A stretch of 64,000 nt of DNA from Parcubacteria group bacterium GW2011_GWC1_36_108 (GCA_000991245.1 LBRD01000007.1:37539-101538), one strand, 5' to 3'. Numbered from the stretch's first letter, positions 30,166-41,040 are shown. Numbers and translations are program-made. Notes: generated by a model not told the origin, from the sequence alone.

Positions 30166-30852
30166 ATGCCAATATTAAAATTTGAAAATGTTTCCAAGAC
30201 ATATCCCGGAAATTTTGTCGCACTGGAAGAAATAAACCTTGTCATTGAAGGCGGAGAGTTTTTGTCGATTGTTGGTCACAGTGGATCTGGGAAATCAACA
30301 TTGCTCAAGCTTATCTATGCTGAAGAACAGGCCACTATTGGTCACGTGTATTTCAATGATCGCTCAATAGATTCAATCAATCGCAAACATTTGCCATATT
30401 ATCGTCGCAACATCGGAACGGTTTTTCAAGATTTTAAATTGCTTCCGCAAAAAACAGCTTTTGAAAATGTGGCTTATGCATTAGAAGTCTCAGATGAAAC
30501 CGAAGAAGAAATTAATGAACTCGTGCCTGAGATATTAGAAATTGTCGGGATGAATGATAAAGCCAACAAATATCCTCGTCAACTTTCTGGCGGAGAGCAG
30601 CAAAAAATTTGTTTGGCTAGGGCTTTGGTGCGTAAGCCCATGGTTATTATTGCTGATGAGCCGACTGGAAATCTTGATCCTGTTGCAACCTGGGAAATTA
30701 TTCAACTTTTGTTGAAAATAAACAGTATGGGCACTACAATAATTCTTGCTACTCATAATAAAGATATTGTGGATAAATTGAATCGTAGAGTTATTGCTCT
30801 TGATAACGGAAGAGTGATCAGGGATCATATGAAGGGAAGGTATGCGATATAG
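30166..30852 (+). CDS. ftsE: cell-division ABC transporter ATP-binding protein FtsE
   Basis: '[15 protein letters not shown]', 'LSGGEQQKICLARAL'; followed by ftsX. Confidence 0.9.
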   Translation: MPILKFENVSKTYPGNFVALEEINLVIEGGEFLSIVGHSGSGKSTLLKLIYAEEQATIGHVYFNDRSIDSINRKHLPYYRRNIGTVFQDFKLLPQKTAFENVAYALEVSDETEEEINELVPEILEIVGMNDKANKYPRQLSGGEQQKICLARALVRKPMVIIADEPTGNLDPVATWEIIQLLLKINSMGTTIILATHNKDIVDKLNRRVIALDNGRVIRDHMKGRYAI

Positions 30853-30959
30853 TTCATAAAGTTAAAAGTTATAAAGTTATAAAGTTAAATACAAAAATAG
30901 AAACTAATTTTTTCTAAAAGCTAAAAAGCTGAGAAGCTAATGCCTAAGAAGCTGTTATT

Positions 30960-31871
30960 ATGAAATTTACAAAACTCAAGAGAACATTTAAAGAAGGATT
31001 GGATAATTTTCGTCGCAACGGGTGGCTTAGTTTTGCCACTGTCAGCGTGCTCGCCATTTCGCTATATGTTATTAGTGTCACAATAATTTTGGGAGTGACG
31101 GCAAACATCGTGCTTAAAAATATTCAAGACAAGATTAATGTGAGTATGTATTTTAATTCTGATGTTGAGGAAAGTAGGATTTTAGAAATAAAAGACAAGC
31201 TCGTGGGATATCAGGAAATTGCCTCGATTGAATATGTTTCAAAAGACCAAGCATTGGAACAATTTAAAAAGTTGGGAGACAAGAATCCTTCAATAACACA
31301 AGCACTTGATGAAATCGGGGAAAATCCATTGCTTGCAGCGTTGGTTGTGAAAGCAAAAAGCCCAAATCAATATGACATCATCACGAAAGCAATTTCAAAT
31401 GCCAGTTTTTCTGCGGACATTAGCCGCATTGATTATGAAGAAAACAAAACAGCCATCGATCGTCTCACGAATATAATGAAATTGGTTGAGCAAGTTGGAC
31501 TGACACTCGGGATAATCTTTGTTTTTATTGGTGTGCTCATCACGTTTAATGCAATTCGTCTTACGATGTATGCTCACAAGCAGGAATTTGAAATTATGCG
31601 ACTCGTTGGCGCATCAAACACTTATATTAAAATGCCGTTTGTTTTTGAGGGAATTTTTTACGGAGTAGTTTCTGCATTTGTCGTTATGATTTGTCTTTAT
31701 GCTACTTCAAAATTTCTCGCACCAATCACGCAAGGCAGCATCGGCGGCGGCGACATTGTAACATTTTATTTTTCAAATTTCTTCATTATTTTTGGTGGAC
31801 TTCTTCTCTCTGGAATTTTCCTCGGAACATTAAGTGGTGTTATTGCGATTAGGAGATACCTTAAGGTTTAA
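30960..31871 (+). CDS. ftsX: cell-division permease-like protein FtsX
   Basis: N-terminal TM, periplasmic domain, C-terminal 3 TMs. Confidence 0.85.
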   Translation: MKFTKLKRTFKEGLDNFRRNGWLSFATVSVLAISLYVISVTIILGVTANIVLKNIQDKINVSMYFNSDVEESRILEIKDKLVGYQEIASIEYVSKDQALEQFKKLGDKNPSITQALDEIGENPLLAALVVKAKSPNQYDIITKAISNASFSADISRIDYEENKTAIDRLTNIMKLVEQVGLTLGIIFVFIGVLITFNAIRLTMYAHKQEFEIMRLVGASNTYIKMPFVFEGIFYGVVSAFVVMICLYATSKFLAPITQGSIGGGDIVTFYFSNFFIIFGGLLLSGIFLGTLSGVIAIRRYLKV

Positions 31872-31888
31872 AACTTCAGATTAGCAAA

Positions 31889-31924
31889 TAAAAAAATTAC
31901 GTAACTAGTTACGTAATTTTTTTA
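31889..31924. terminator. bidirectional intrinsic terminator (A-run, attacgtaact/agttacgtaat, T-run) between ftsX and tRNA-Gln
   Basis: perfect palindrome with A/T flanks. Confidence 0.75.
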
Positions 31925-31927
31925 ATG

Positions 31928-31999
31928 TTGGAGTGCTAGGATTCGAACCTAGGGATGGCGGTACCAGAAACCGCTGCCTTACCGCTTGGCTACACTCCA
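31928..31999 (-). tRNA. tRNA-Gln (anticodon CTG)
   Basis: minus-strand cloverleaf TGGAGTG..GCCAAGCGGTAAGGCA..GCGGT TTCTGGT ACCGC..CTAGG TTCGAAT CCTAG..CACTCCA. Confidence 0.85.
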
Positions 32000-32089
32000 A
32001 TTTAAACACCAAACAAGATTCAGTATATCATTTTTGACCAAAAAATCAAGGCTTGACTTTGGGTTGATTTGCTTTTATAATAATTCGAT

Positions 32090-32809
32090 ATGGAAGAAAT
32101 AATATATCCAATACGAATAAATCGATATCTGGCGCTGAATAATTATTGTTCGCGCAGGGAAGCAGACGCCTTGATTGAAAAAGGTGTTGTTTTGGTTAAT
32201 GGCAAAAAGGCCAAAATAGGGGACAAAGTTAATGAAACTGACAAAGTGACGGTGAATGCAAAAGATGCCAGTGTGATGAAAAAATATGTTTATTTTGCTT
32301 TCAATAAACCGCGAGGAATCGTGACTAATTCGCCGAAAGATGGTCAAAAAAGCATCAAAGACATCACATATTCAGCAGACGATGTTTTTCCGGTTGGACG
32401 TTTGGACAAAAATTCTCGTGGGCTTATTATTCTTACAAACGATGGAAGAGTTAATGATAAAATGCTTAATCCTGAATATAATCACGAGAAGGAATATGTC
32501 GTTGAGGTTAACAAGCCAATCACTAACATATTTCTGAAAGTAATGCGCCAAGGTGTGCAGTTGGAAGATTTCAAAACCAAACCTGCTATTGTTGAGCAAA
32601 AAGATGAAATAACTTTTCACATCACTTTGACCGAAGGAAAAAAACATCAAATTCGTCGTATGTGCACAAATCTTGGTTGGGAAGTGGTGGATTTGAAACG
32701 TATCCGAGTTATGAGTATAAAAATGGGAACACTTGGCTCAGGACAACAACGCAAAATTCAAGGAGCAGAGCTTCTTGAATTGCTTACAAGTCTAGGATTG
32801 AATGGCTAG
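32090..32809 (+). CDS. pseudouridine synthase, RsuA/RluB family, with S4 RNA-binding domain
   Basis: S4 'RINRYLALNNYCSRREADALIEKGVVLVNGKK', catalytic 'GRLDKNSRGLIILTNDG'. Confidence 0.85.
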   Translation: MEEIIYPIRINRYLALNNYCSRREADALIEKGVVLVNGKKAKIGDKVNETDKVTVNAKDASVMKKYVYFAFNKPRGIVTNSPKDGQKSIKDITYSADDVFPVGRLDKNSRGLIILTNDGRVNDKMLNPEYNHEKEYVVEVNKPITNIFLKVMRQGVQLEDFKTKPAIVEQKDEITFHITLTEGKKHQIRRMCTNLGWEVVDLKRIRVMSIKMGTLGSGQQRKIQGAELLELLTSLGLNG

Positions 32810-32830
32810 TTTTTATGTGTTTGAAAAATT

Positions 32831-32864
32831 TTAAAGGGCAACGAATTTATCGTTGCCCTTTTTG
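32831..32864 (+). terminator. intrinsic terminator gggcaacga-loop-tcgttgccc + T5
   Basis: read directly. Confidence 0.7.
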
Positions 32865-32886
32865 GTAGGTACCGTGCCGTTATTTG

Positions 32887-33378
32887 TTAGATGACTTTTA
32901 AGATTTCTACAGTCATCTTGCGTTTGCCCCAAGCGTCAGCTTGTTTTTGGGACATTTTAGAAAAGACGTCAAACTGAACAATTTTTTCGTCTTTCCATAA
33001 TTCTTCTGCAGCAACACAACGATCATCAACTTTTCCAATGAGATTTATTCCATCTCCTTTTATTCTGATGATTGTTCCGCGTCTGAAGCCATGCTTGCGA
33101 GTTACATTTGCCGCAATTGTGAAATCTGCTTGCGGCTTTGTTCCAAAAAATGTTTCCTTTCCTTTGCCATTGAGTTTTATGGCGTCGAGATAGGCTCTTT
33201 TGGATTTGTAATACTCCCTTTTTGGTTCTATGTATCGAGACACAATAACCGGAAGGGTTTTTACAACTTTGTACCGCTTGGCGGGCGGTTGTGGTGGAAC
33301 GTACTTGAAGTACGCTCGCGAGGAAGTAGGCTGTGCGCACGCTAATATTATAAAAAGCGCGCATATCCATCCTTTCAC
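32887..33378 (-). CDS. secreted DPBB-fold (3D/RlpA-like) domain protein, putative cell-wall lytic enzyme
   Basis: signal peptide; C-terminal 'FTIAANV...GTIIRIKGDG...IVQFDVF...ADAWGKRKMTVEIL' resembles 3D-domain pattern. Confidence 0.45.
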   Translation of the reverse strand: MKGWICALFIILACAQPTSSRAYFKYVPPQPPAKRYKVVKTLPVIVSRYIEPKREYYKSKRAYLDAIKLNGKGKETFFGTKPQADFTIAANVTRKHGFRRGTIIRIKGDGINLIGKVDDRCVAAEELWKDEKIVQFDVFSKMSQKQADAWGKRKMTVEILKVI

Positions 33379-33647
33379 GTGGGCTTTCTCCTTTCAGTTT
33401 CGCCACGATACCTTTTATTTTAACAAAAAACAGGTCCTTGCGGGATCGTTTTTTGGAAATGTCCAATGCGTCACTCGTGACAACTTTTGGACCTCATTTT
33501 ATAATACTAGATAAAAACTTTTTTGTTTCATTTTCAGTTTTGGTTTTTTAACCAGAGCTGATATAATGAAATTAAGAAATCTTTTTAAGGCTTTATTAAG
33601 AGAATAAGTTGCCGTGCCAGCACGGATTTATAGGATAACACATATTT

Positions 33648-34847
33648 ATGAAAATAGCAATACATTGCGCCGACCTTGATCACAAACGCATTGATGGAAC
33701 AAGGGTATACCTTTATAATATGCTGAAAAACTTCGGAATTTTGGACAAAAAAGACGTTTTTGAGATTTATCATCGAAGCGATTTTAATCCACGGCTCACT
33801 CCGCCAACATTTTCAAATTATGCGGTTAAAAAGCTTTCATTTCCGTTTCTTTGGACGCAAACTTGTTTTGCTTGGAAATTGCTTTTTGATAAACCGGATG
33901 TGCTTTGGATGGCTGTGCATAATGCGCCAATTGTAAGGAGGAAAAATCTCAAAGTGGTAGTGACAATTCATGATTTGGCTTTCAAAATATTTCCGCAGTA
34001 TTTTCCCAAGAAAGATTTGACGAAGCTTAACATTCTTAGTGACTTGGCGATTAAAAATGCTGATCGTATCATTGCAGTTTCGCAGTCGACAAAGAAAGAT
34101 ATTTTAAAATTTTATCCTCAAGTTTCTTCAGAAAAAATTACCGTCATCCATCACGGTTTCGACACGCAATTATTTCAAAATAAAGTTTCCCAAGAAGAGC
34201 TTGAAAAAGTACTAGCAACCTATAACCTTTACCCTGTTAAATCCGACGAAGTCGGTGCGAAGCAATTTAACGGGGTGAAACCTAAAACCTATCTTCTGTA
34301 TGTCGGTGCAATTCAACCGCGAAAAAATCTGGGAGTTTTGATTGAGGCATTTGAAAAAATAAAAATTAATAACCCGGAGCTTAAATTGGTTTTTGCGGGA
34401 GCCCCTGCGTGGCAATATGAGGACACTTTGGAAAAAATTTCCCAAAGTAAATTCAGCGGCGACATTATTGTTACAGGCACAATTCCGTTTTCTGATTTGC
34501 CAGTGCTATATCAAAACGCAGCGGCTTTTGTTTTTCCATCTTTATATGAGGGTTTTGGTATTCCAGTGCTTGAGGCGTTTGCCTCGGGCACGCCGGTTAT
34601 TTTGGCAAACAATTCTAGTCTGCCTGAAGTTGGAGGAGAGGCGGCTTTATATTTTGAAACTGAAAGTAGTGATAATCTTGCTGGTTGTCTCGAGCGTGTT
34701 TTGACAGACAAAGATTTGAGCGCAACTATGATTCAAAAAGGGAAGAGTCGCGCAGCAAATTTTTCCTGGGAAAAATGCGCGCAAATAACACTTAACAGTA
34801 TTAGAAAAACACAGGGTTATTCTTCGGAAGAAAAGATGATTTCGTAA
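33648..34847 (+). CDS. GT4-family glycosyltransferase
   Basis: 'FPSLYEGFGIPVLEAFASGTPVI' GT4 C-terminal motif. Confidence 0.85.
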   Translation: MKIAIHCADLDHKRIDGTRVYLYNMLKNFGILDKKDVFEIYHRSDFNPRLTPPTFSNYAVKKLSFPFLWTQTCFAWKLLFDKPDVLWMAVHNAPIVRRKNLKVVVTIHDLAFKIFPQYFPKKDLTKLNILSDLAIKNADRIIAVSQSTKKDILKFYPQVSSEKITVIHHGFDTQLFQNKVSQEELEKVLATYNLYPVKSDEVGAKQFNGVKPKTYLLYVGAIQPRKNLGVLIEAFEKIKINNPELKLVFAGAPAWQYEDTLEKISQSKFSGDIIVTGTIPFSDLPVLYQNAAAFVFPSLYEGFGIPVLEAFASGTPVILANNSSLPEVGGEAALYFETESSDNLAGCLERVLTDKDLSATMIQKGKSRAANFSWEKCAQITLNSIRKTQGYSSEEKMIS

Positions 34848-35218
34848 AGCAAAAAGAAAACAAAAAGTGTGATAAGCGCAATTGTGATGTTTTCCCAAAG
34901 ACTAAATTTAAGCATTGAACTTCCGATTAGCAAAAAAGAAAATAAGATAATCATCGGCAAAAATTTCGTTTTGCTGATTTTTATTTTGTCGTACGTAATG
35001 TCTAGTTTCTTGCCGAGATATGCAATAAGTGCCAGTACTAAAAAAAGTGAGATGGTTGTTTTGCTGAAACTTATTTTGCTTGAAACAAGTCCGGGGAGCA
35101 ATCCTTCTGCTGCAAGTGTTGCTGCAAATGTGAGGAGCAAAAGCAATAAGAGATCATAAGCGAGTTTATATGAAATCAATAACGCATTCTTGCTGATGGT
35201 AATTTTTTTTAATCGCAT
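34817..35218 (-). CDS. hypothetical small polytopic membrane protein
   Basis: 3-4 TM segments; tail-end of minus-strand operon. Confidence 0.4.
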   Translation of the reverse strand: MRLKKITISKNALLISYKLAYDLLLLLLLTFAATLAAEGLLPGLVSSKISFSKTTISLFLVLALIAYLGKKLDITYDKIKISKTKFLPMIILFSFLLIGSSMLKFSLWENITIALITLFVFFLLYEIIFSSEE

Positions 35219-35228
35219 ATTTTTAATG

Positions 35229-36554
35229 TTATCTGTTTTTCAGCTTATTTTTTATGGTAGAGAGGGAATTTCGAAGACTGTGAAATGTCATCGGGGTTGA
35301 GAATGTCGTGTCGATTGTGTTTACTTTGGCATTCTTGGAAAAGGTTGCACTTATTTGATAATCATTACCAATAAGCAGTGCCAAATCTTCGAGCGGCACA
35401 TCGCACTGATATGTGTTTGAGCTGAGCATTTTCTTTTTCAGTGTGCAAGTCGATTCTTTTGCAGCTTGTGCTGCGCTGGCGATTATTGGTTTTTGTTTGG
35501 CATATGTTTTTACAAGGACAGAACTGTTCATTGGTCTTTTCTTTTCATCTTTGATAATAAAATGGTTATTTGTTTCTTGATCGAAGAAAATTGTTCCATT
35601 GGGATGAGAGGAATTGCGTGTAAATTGTTTTTGTTTTTTGTACATTCCAATTTCATTGGAAGTGACTGCAATTACGTCGTTCCAATCAAATCCCATTGCC
35701 AAGAATGTCACATCATTTTCGATAGGATAACTTTTTTCTTCGCTCAAGATGAAAACTGATTCAGCTGATGAGACAAGTGTTCCGTCAGCAAAACCCAAAT
35801 ATGTTTCAGACACGGGATAACGAGAAAGAAAATCTTTTTCTTTCACAACTGTTGATGTCATATCAAACTGCGTCAAAAAAGCTCGCGCGCTGACAAAAGG
35901 GAAAAGTTGTTGGTTTTTTAATCTATAAAAATTATCATCGATAACAAAAAGTGTATCGTTGGGATAATTTTCGGCATTGGCAATTTCGTCTCCTGTTTTG
36001 TTTAATTTCAAATCATCTTGCGAAACTTCGACAAATGCGCTTTTGGGATAACCAAGATCAAGAATGATGTTGGTGCTGGAAAATTTGCGCAGCAATCCAT
36101 CAGAAACAATGTAATATTCTCCAGTTGGGGTTGTCAGCAATGTTCCATCTTTGAAATCAGCAGGCTTGCCAATTGGAAAGAAAAAGGCTTGATATGACTT
36201 GCTTATTTTCACTGAAGTGTTTTCAATGTCGTTGGAATTTTTTTCCAAAGTAAATGCGATGTTTGCTTTGGAAAATTGGCCTATTGGATTTGCATTGAAT
36301 ATTAATGTTTCGTTTGAACTGATTGATTTTTCAACTGGAAATCCTCCGGTTTGATTCAAGCGAGGGGAAACTAGCGTGTTTTTGTTTGAATTGGGCGTGT
36401 TCATCGAAAAATTTAGAGGAACAATAGGGAACAGGATTCGATACAAAATAAAAAACATCGCTATTAAAAAAACAAAATGAAGAAGCGCCCGCAGAACGGT
36501 ATATCTTTTTTGCAAAGTTGGTTCTAGTGTGACGTTTTTAGTAAGATCAAACAT
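35229..36554 (-). CDS. hypothetical N-terminally anchored extracytoplasmic protein (441 aa)
   Basis: single N-terminal TM then large soluble domain; no recognisable motif. Confidence 0.5.
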   Translation of the reverse strand: MFDLTKNVTLEPTLQKRYTVLRALLHFVFLIAMFFILYRILFPIVPLNFSMNTPNSNKNTLVSPRLNQTGGFPVEKSISSNETLIFNANPIGQFSKANIAFTLEKNSNDIENTSVKISKSYQAFFFPIGKPADFKDGTLLTTPTGEYYIVSDGLLRKFSSTNIILDLGYPKSAFVEVSQDDLKLNKTGDEIANAENYPNDTLFVIDDNFYRLKNQQLFPFVSARAFLTQFDMTSTVVKEKDFLSRYPVSETYLGFADGTLVSSAESVFILSEEKSYPIENDVTFLAMGFDWNDVIAVTSNEIGMYKKQKQFTRNSSHPNGTIFFDQETNNHFIIKDEKKRPMNSSVLVKTYAKQKPIIASAAQAAKESTCTLKKKMLSSNTYQCDVPLEDLALLIGNDYQISATFSKNAKVNTIDTTFSTPMTFHSLRNSLSTIKNKLKNR

Positions 36555-36634
36555 AGTTAATATAACATTTTAAATTTTAAATTCTAAGTTTTAAATTTTA
36601 AATGACAGGGCGGGAGTCCAGAATGACACGAGGC

Positions 36635-38419
36635 TTATTTGTTTACTTTAAATATTTTTCCTGACACTGAGATTTCTTTTTTTTCGGGAAGGGAAATTTT
36701 GTCGAGCTTATTGCTACGCTCAACGTCCAGCCTGGTGGTGGTAAGCGTGTATGAATCTGTTTCAGACAAGCTGCTTCCAATCGTGCTGTTTAAATAAAAT
36801 GGCACTTGCTTGTTGGGCGCAATCAAATAAACATTGGAAAAATTTTCAGTATCAAGTTTTGACAGGTCTTGATTATTGAAAAAGTACACAGCATTTTTGC
36901 TAAATAAATAATTCATCGGACCGCCCAGCATTGACCAGCCATCGCCTGAAGCCTCGCGGTCTATTAAAATTAAATCGTTGTCGGAAAATTTTGAGCTAAG
37001 TGTTTGAGTTTGAGCAAGGAGACTTTCGTTTTCATTGTAGGAAATATATTTTAAAAATGCCGGCAAATTCATTGCAAGTAATGCTAGGCTGATAAGGGCA
37101 GCTAATGTTTTTGTTTTAATATTTTTTCCTTCAAACCATTTGCCGAGCAGTATTCCTGAATAAAAAATTGCGCAAGGGAGAAGGGAAAACATAAAGCGTC
37201 TGAGCATCCAAGGATGATCCGGTGTGATTTGAGAATCAAAAAAATAAACAAAAGTAGGAAGAATTATAAAAAACGGAGTGAGTTTGTAGAATTCTTTTTT
37301 CCACAAAGCGTAAAGTGTTCCAAATCCGCCAACAATAAAAAATCCAAGCAAGCCGTAGAGATAAAATACTTTCAAGCTGTAAAAATCTGGCAGAATACTA
37401 TTTTTGATTTCTCCTAGATATTTTGCTTGAGGCGAGGTTACTGTGGGCAAAATAGCTTTTAAAATTTCTTTGTAAAAATACACATCAACATATACATTGG
37501 TTATAAAAATCAAAAACAATGCAATTGCTGGCAGAAAAAATCTGGATGACATTTTTTCCTTAACGAATGTGCGAGTATTTTTGTTGAGCAAGATCACCGC
37601 GATTGAAGCAAGAAGAAAAGCGAAGCCTTCAATTCTGGCAAAGCAAAGAAGGAAAGATGAAAAAAGAAAAACAAAATAAAATAATTTGCGTTGGTCTTTC
37701 AAGAAAAGCATCAATGAAAGAATCGTCAGCCACACGAGTGGCAGCGCAATATTTTCGCTAAGAGTGAATTTGGAAAACCACATAAAGACAAATGATGTTG
37801 AAGTCAGCAGCATTATTGGCAGAGCCGATGATGTTTTCAAAAATAAGCGCAGTGTCATATAAAATGACAAAAGGAACGTGAAAAACAAAACTGCATTTGC
37901 AACAAGAAATCCAGTTATTCCAAAAACAGCAAAAAACAAAGCAAGCCATGCAATATAGACTAGGGAAAATTGAGTGATGAGCAAGCCATCTTTGGTATAA
38001 TAAAAACCGGGGAAATTTTGAGCGCGTCCTGGCTCGTGCAATTTGAAAAATTCTTTGGAGGCAGGAGTGGAAAATTCAAGTTTGTGATTTTGAGCAAGTC
38101 TGGCTGCAGCTTCACTGAAAGAACCTTGATCTCTGCCTGTGAAAACAGAAGGCTGAGAGAGAAAGGAGAAAGAAATTGCAATAAAGATAAAGAGTATGCT
38201 TGTGAAAAAAAATTCGCGGGAAATTTTAAATGATATGCCAAAAGAAGTTGCTTTTCTTGCAAGCCAAATTCCGCCAATTGCCACTATTGTCCAAACCAAA
38301 GAGGCGTAGAAAAAACCGACAAGTGCCAAGGCGAAACTTCCCCAAGCTAAACTTAGCCAAACAAGGGCTTTAAACAGAAATATTTGATAATCTTTGGACG
38401 ACATTTTGTTGTTATTCAT
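36635..38419 (-). CDS. polytopic membrane protein, putative GT-C-fold glycosyltransferase (PMT/ArnT-like)
   Basis: ~12 TMs with large C-terminal extracytoplasmic domain; start at internal ATG 38419. Confidence 0.5.
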   Translation of the reverse strand: MNNNKMSSKDYQIFLFKALVWLSLAWGSFALALVGFFYASLVWTIVAIGGIWLARKATSFGISFKISREFFFTSILFIFIAISFSFLSQPSVFTGRDQGSFSEAAARLAQNHKLEFSTPASKEFFKLHEPGRAQNFPGFYYTKDGLLITQFSLVYIAWLALFFAVFGITGFLVANAVLFFTFLLSFYMTLRLFLKTSSALPIMLLTSTSFVFMWFSKFTLSENIALPLVWLTILSLMLFLKDQRKLFYFVFLFSSFLLCFARIEGFAFLLASIAVILLNKNTRTFVKEKMSSRFFLPAIALFLIFITNVYVDVYFYKEILKAILPTVTSPQAKYLGEIKNSILPDFYSLKVFYLYGLLGFFIVGGFGTLYALWKKEFYKLTPFFIILPTFVYFFDSQITPDHPWMLRRFMFSLLPCAIFYSGILLGKWFEGKNIKTKTLAALISLALLAMNLPAFLKYISYNENESLLAQTQTLSSKFSDNDLILIDREASGDGWSMLGGPMNYLFSKNAVYFFNNQDLSKLDTENFSNVYLIAPNKQVPFYLNSTIGSSLSETDSYTLTTTRLDVERSNKLDKISLPEKKEISVSGKIFKVNK

Positions 38420-38573
38420 ATTTTTAATTATACCGACTATTTTCGTATTTGCAAAGCACTTTTTGATGGTGTAAAATGAAATAAATAGATGCTCTATTAC
38501 TGAGAAATTGAAATACAAAAATATAACCCCAGTTAAATATTGCGGATTACCGCAATTTAACGGGGCAAGAAAA

Positions 38574-41027
38574 ATGCAAAAAAATCCTAATTTTATACAT
38601 TGGTATTATAATGAAGCAGTTTGTGATCTCTTGGAAATCTGGAAGAATTTTTTGTTTTTTGCTTGGCAACATTTTTCAATATCCGAACTTACAAAAACTC
38701 TTTTGTCTCCGTGGAGGCGCGATGTGGTTTTTTCCACTTGGGTGGGAATTCATCCGATCAAGATGCTGACAGCTCTTTTTGAAAATATTGTTTCAAGATT
38801 TTTAGGTGCGATTGTTCGCACTTTTGTTATTTTTGCGGGACTGGCTTTTTTTCTGCTGGTGCTTGTTTTTGGATTGATAATTAATATCGTCTGGCTTGGC
38901 GCTCCGCTTTTGTTGGTAGTCTTTTTCTTCTATGCTTTTAATCTTGGGATAGATTTTTATTATTCTATTGGCTTGGCGCTTGTCTGGATTGTTGGAGCGA
39001 TTTTTTTGTATTATCAAGATTCAAAGCCGCCAATGCTGCTTATGAATTTCCAGCATTTGCTCAGACACTCCGTTTTCGAAAGAATTTGTGGTCGACTTGG
39101 CATTGGACGCAAGCGTTTTCCAAAGGAGATTTTTGGCAATCAAGATCTTTTTAATGAATTTTTAAAAGCCAGGAATCTGACTGAAAAAGAATATTTGCGT
39201 CTTACTTCGATTGAATTGAAAAGACAGCAGGAAATAAATGATATGCCAAAATTTTGGCGTTGGGAATATTTGAATAAAATTCCCGCTATTGGAATGCAAT
39301 GGCGCTATGCGTATACTGTTCATTTGGATAAATATGGTTTGGATTTGTCGACAAATGATTGGAGTGAATATGCAAAGGCTGATCTTGTTGGCAGAGCAGA
39401 TGAATATGAAGTTTTGAAACTTGTGCTGGAAAGGCCTGATCAAAATTGTGCACTCTTGGTTGGAAATGCTGGAATTGGTAAAAAAACATTGATTCACTGT
39501 TTGGCCAAAAAAGTTCGTTTTAATGAAGAGATGGGAATTCTTTCCAACAAAAGAATGATCGTGCTTGATTTGGGGAGAGTGATTTCAGATGCCGTCAGCA
39601 AAGGCGAAGATGTGGAAAATTCATTGCGCAGACTTTTTTATGAGGCAAGTTATGCGGGTAATGTTGTTTTGATTATTGAACATTTTGAATATTTCTTAGG
39701 CAAAGAGGGAAGTTCTTTCCATCCTGACATTTCGGCAGTGCTTGCAGAGTTTTTGCATATTCCTACTTTTCAAATAATTGCAATATCAACACCCAAGGAA
39801 TATCATCATTTGATTGAAAAACAAGAAGAAATTGCAAAATATTTTGAAGTTATTGAAATGCGAGAGCCGTCTGAAGAGGAAACGATTGAGATTTTGCTGA
39901 ATCAACTTGAAAAATATGAACATAGGCGAGTGCTTTTTACTTTCAAGGCATTAGAGAAGATTGTGCGTGACAGTGCAAAGCATAATTGGGAGTTTCCTTT
40001 GCCGGAAAGAGCAATTGATTTGGCAATGGGTGTGCTGATGTTTTGGGAGAAAAAATCTGTCGAGCAATTTGTCACTGAAAAAACCGTGGCAGACTATTTG
40101 TCATTAAAAACTGGTGTTCCACAAGGGGAGATTGAGGGCGGAGAGAGAAAGAAATTGTTGAACCTTGAATCAATGCTGCATAGACAGGTTATTGGACAGC
40201 AAGAGGCAATCTCTCAGGTTTCTCAGGCGATGCGAAGAGCGCGCAGTGGAATTGGAAATTCTCAAAAACCAGTTGGAAGCTTTTTGTTTTTGGGACCAAC
40301 GGGAGTGGGAAAAACGGAAACTGCCAAAGCACTTGCCAAAACTTATTTCGGCGATGAAAATAAGATGATTCGTTTGGATATGAGCGAATTTCAAACTCCG
40401 AATTCTATTGATAGGCTGTTGGGTTCTAGTCAACTCAATCAACCAGGGAGATTGGTCACACAAATTAAAGACAATCCATACTCTTTGCTTTTGCTTGATG
40501 AAATAGAAAAAGCTTATCCGGAAATTCTGAATATATTTTTGCAAATCTTGGATGAAGGATATGTTAATGATGCTTTCGGCGAGAAGATAAATTTTCGCAA
40601 CACGATGATTATTGCAACTTCAAATGCAGGAGCTTCGCTTATCAAGGAGATGGTGGAGCAGGAGCGTCCGGCAGAAGAAATCAAGCAAGCTGTTATTGAT
40701 TGGACGATTAAAAATAACATTTTCCGCACTGAATTTCTGAATCGTTTTGAAGGAGTGATTTTCTTCCGACCGCTTAATGAAATTGAATTAAAAAGCGTTG
40801 TGCGTTTGCAATTGCAAAAATTTGTTCGCAGATTGGCAAAAGAAAAAAATATCGAGCTGGTTTATCAAGAAAATATTATTGAGAAGATTATTCAAAAAGG
40901 ATACAATCCAATTTTTGGAGCAAGATCGCTTAATCGATATATCGAAGATGAAATTGAAAGCATCGTGGCTAAAAAAATAATCTCTGGTGAAACATTGAGC
41001 GGGGAGAAAATCACGCTGTCACTTTGA
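38574..41027 (+). CDS. membrane-anchored Clp/Hsp100-family AAA+ ATPase (degenerate D1, intact D2)
   Basis: N-terminal multi-TM segment; degenerate Walker A 'GNAGIGKKT'; D2 'GPTGVGKTE', 'LLLLDEIEKA', 'ATSNAG', ClpB small D2 domain; alternative start 38508. Confidence 0.75.
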   Translation: MQKNPNFIHWYYNEAVCDLLEIWKNFLFFAWQHFSISELTKTLLSPWRRDVVFSTWVGIHPIKMLTALFENIVSRFLGAIVRTFVIFAGLAFFLLVLVFGLIINIVWLGAPLLLVVFFFYAFNLGIDFYYSIGLALVWIVGAIFLYYQDSKPPMLLMNFQHLLRHSVFERICGRLGIGRKRFPKEIFGNQDLFNEFLKARNLTEKEYLRLTSIELKRQQEINDMPKFWRWEYLNKIPAIGMQWRYAYTVHLDKYGLDLSTNDWSEYAKADLVGRADEYEVLKLVLERPDQNCALLVGNAGIGKKTLIHCLAKKVRFNEEMGILSNKRMIVLDLGRVISDAVSKGEDVENSLRRLFYEASYAGNVVLIIEHFEYFLGKEGSSFHPDISAVLAEFLHIPTFQIIAISTPKEYHHLIEKQEEIAKYFEVIEMREPSEEETIEILLNQLEKYEHRRVLFTFKALEKIVRDSAKHNWEFPLPERAIDLAMGVLMFWEKKSVEQFVTEKTVADYLSLKTGVPQGEIEGGERKKLLNLESMLHRQVIGQQEAISQVSQAMRRARSGIGNSQKPVGSFLFLGPTGVGKTETAKALAKTYFGDENKMIRLDMSEFQTPNSIDRLLGSSQLNQPGRLVTQIKDNPYSLLLLDEIEKAYPEILNIFLQILDEGYVNDAFGEKINFRNTMIIATSNAGASLIKEMVEQERPAEEIKQAVIDWTIKNNIFRTEFLNRFEGVIFFRPLNEIELKSVVRLQLQKFVRRLAKEKNIELVYQENIIEKIIQKGYNPIFGARSLNRYIEDEIESIVAKKIISGETLSGEKITLSL

Positions 41028-41040
41028 AATCATATAACAT

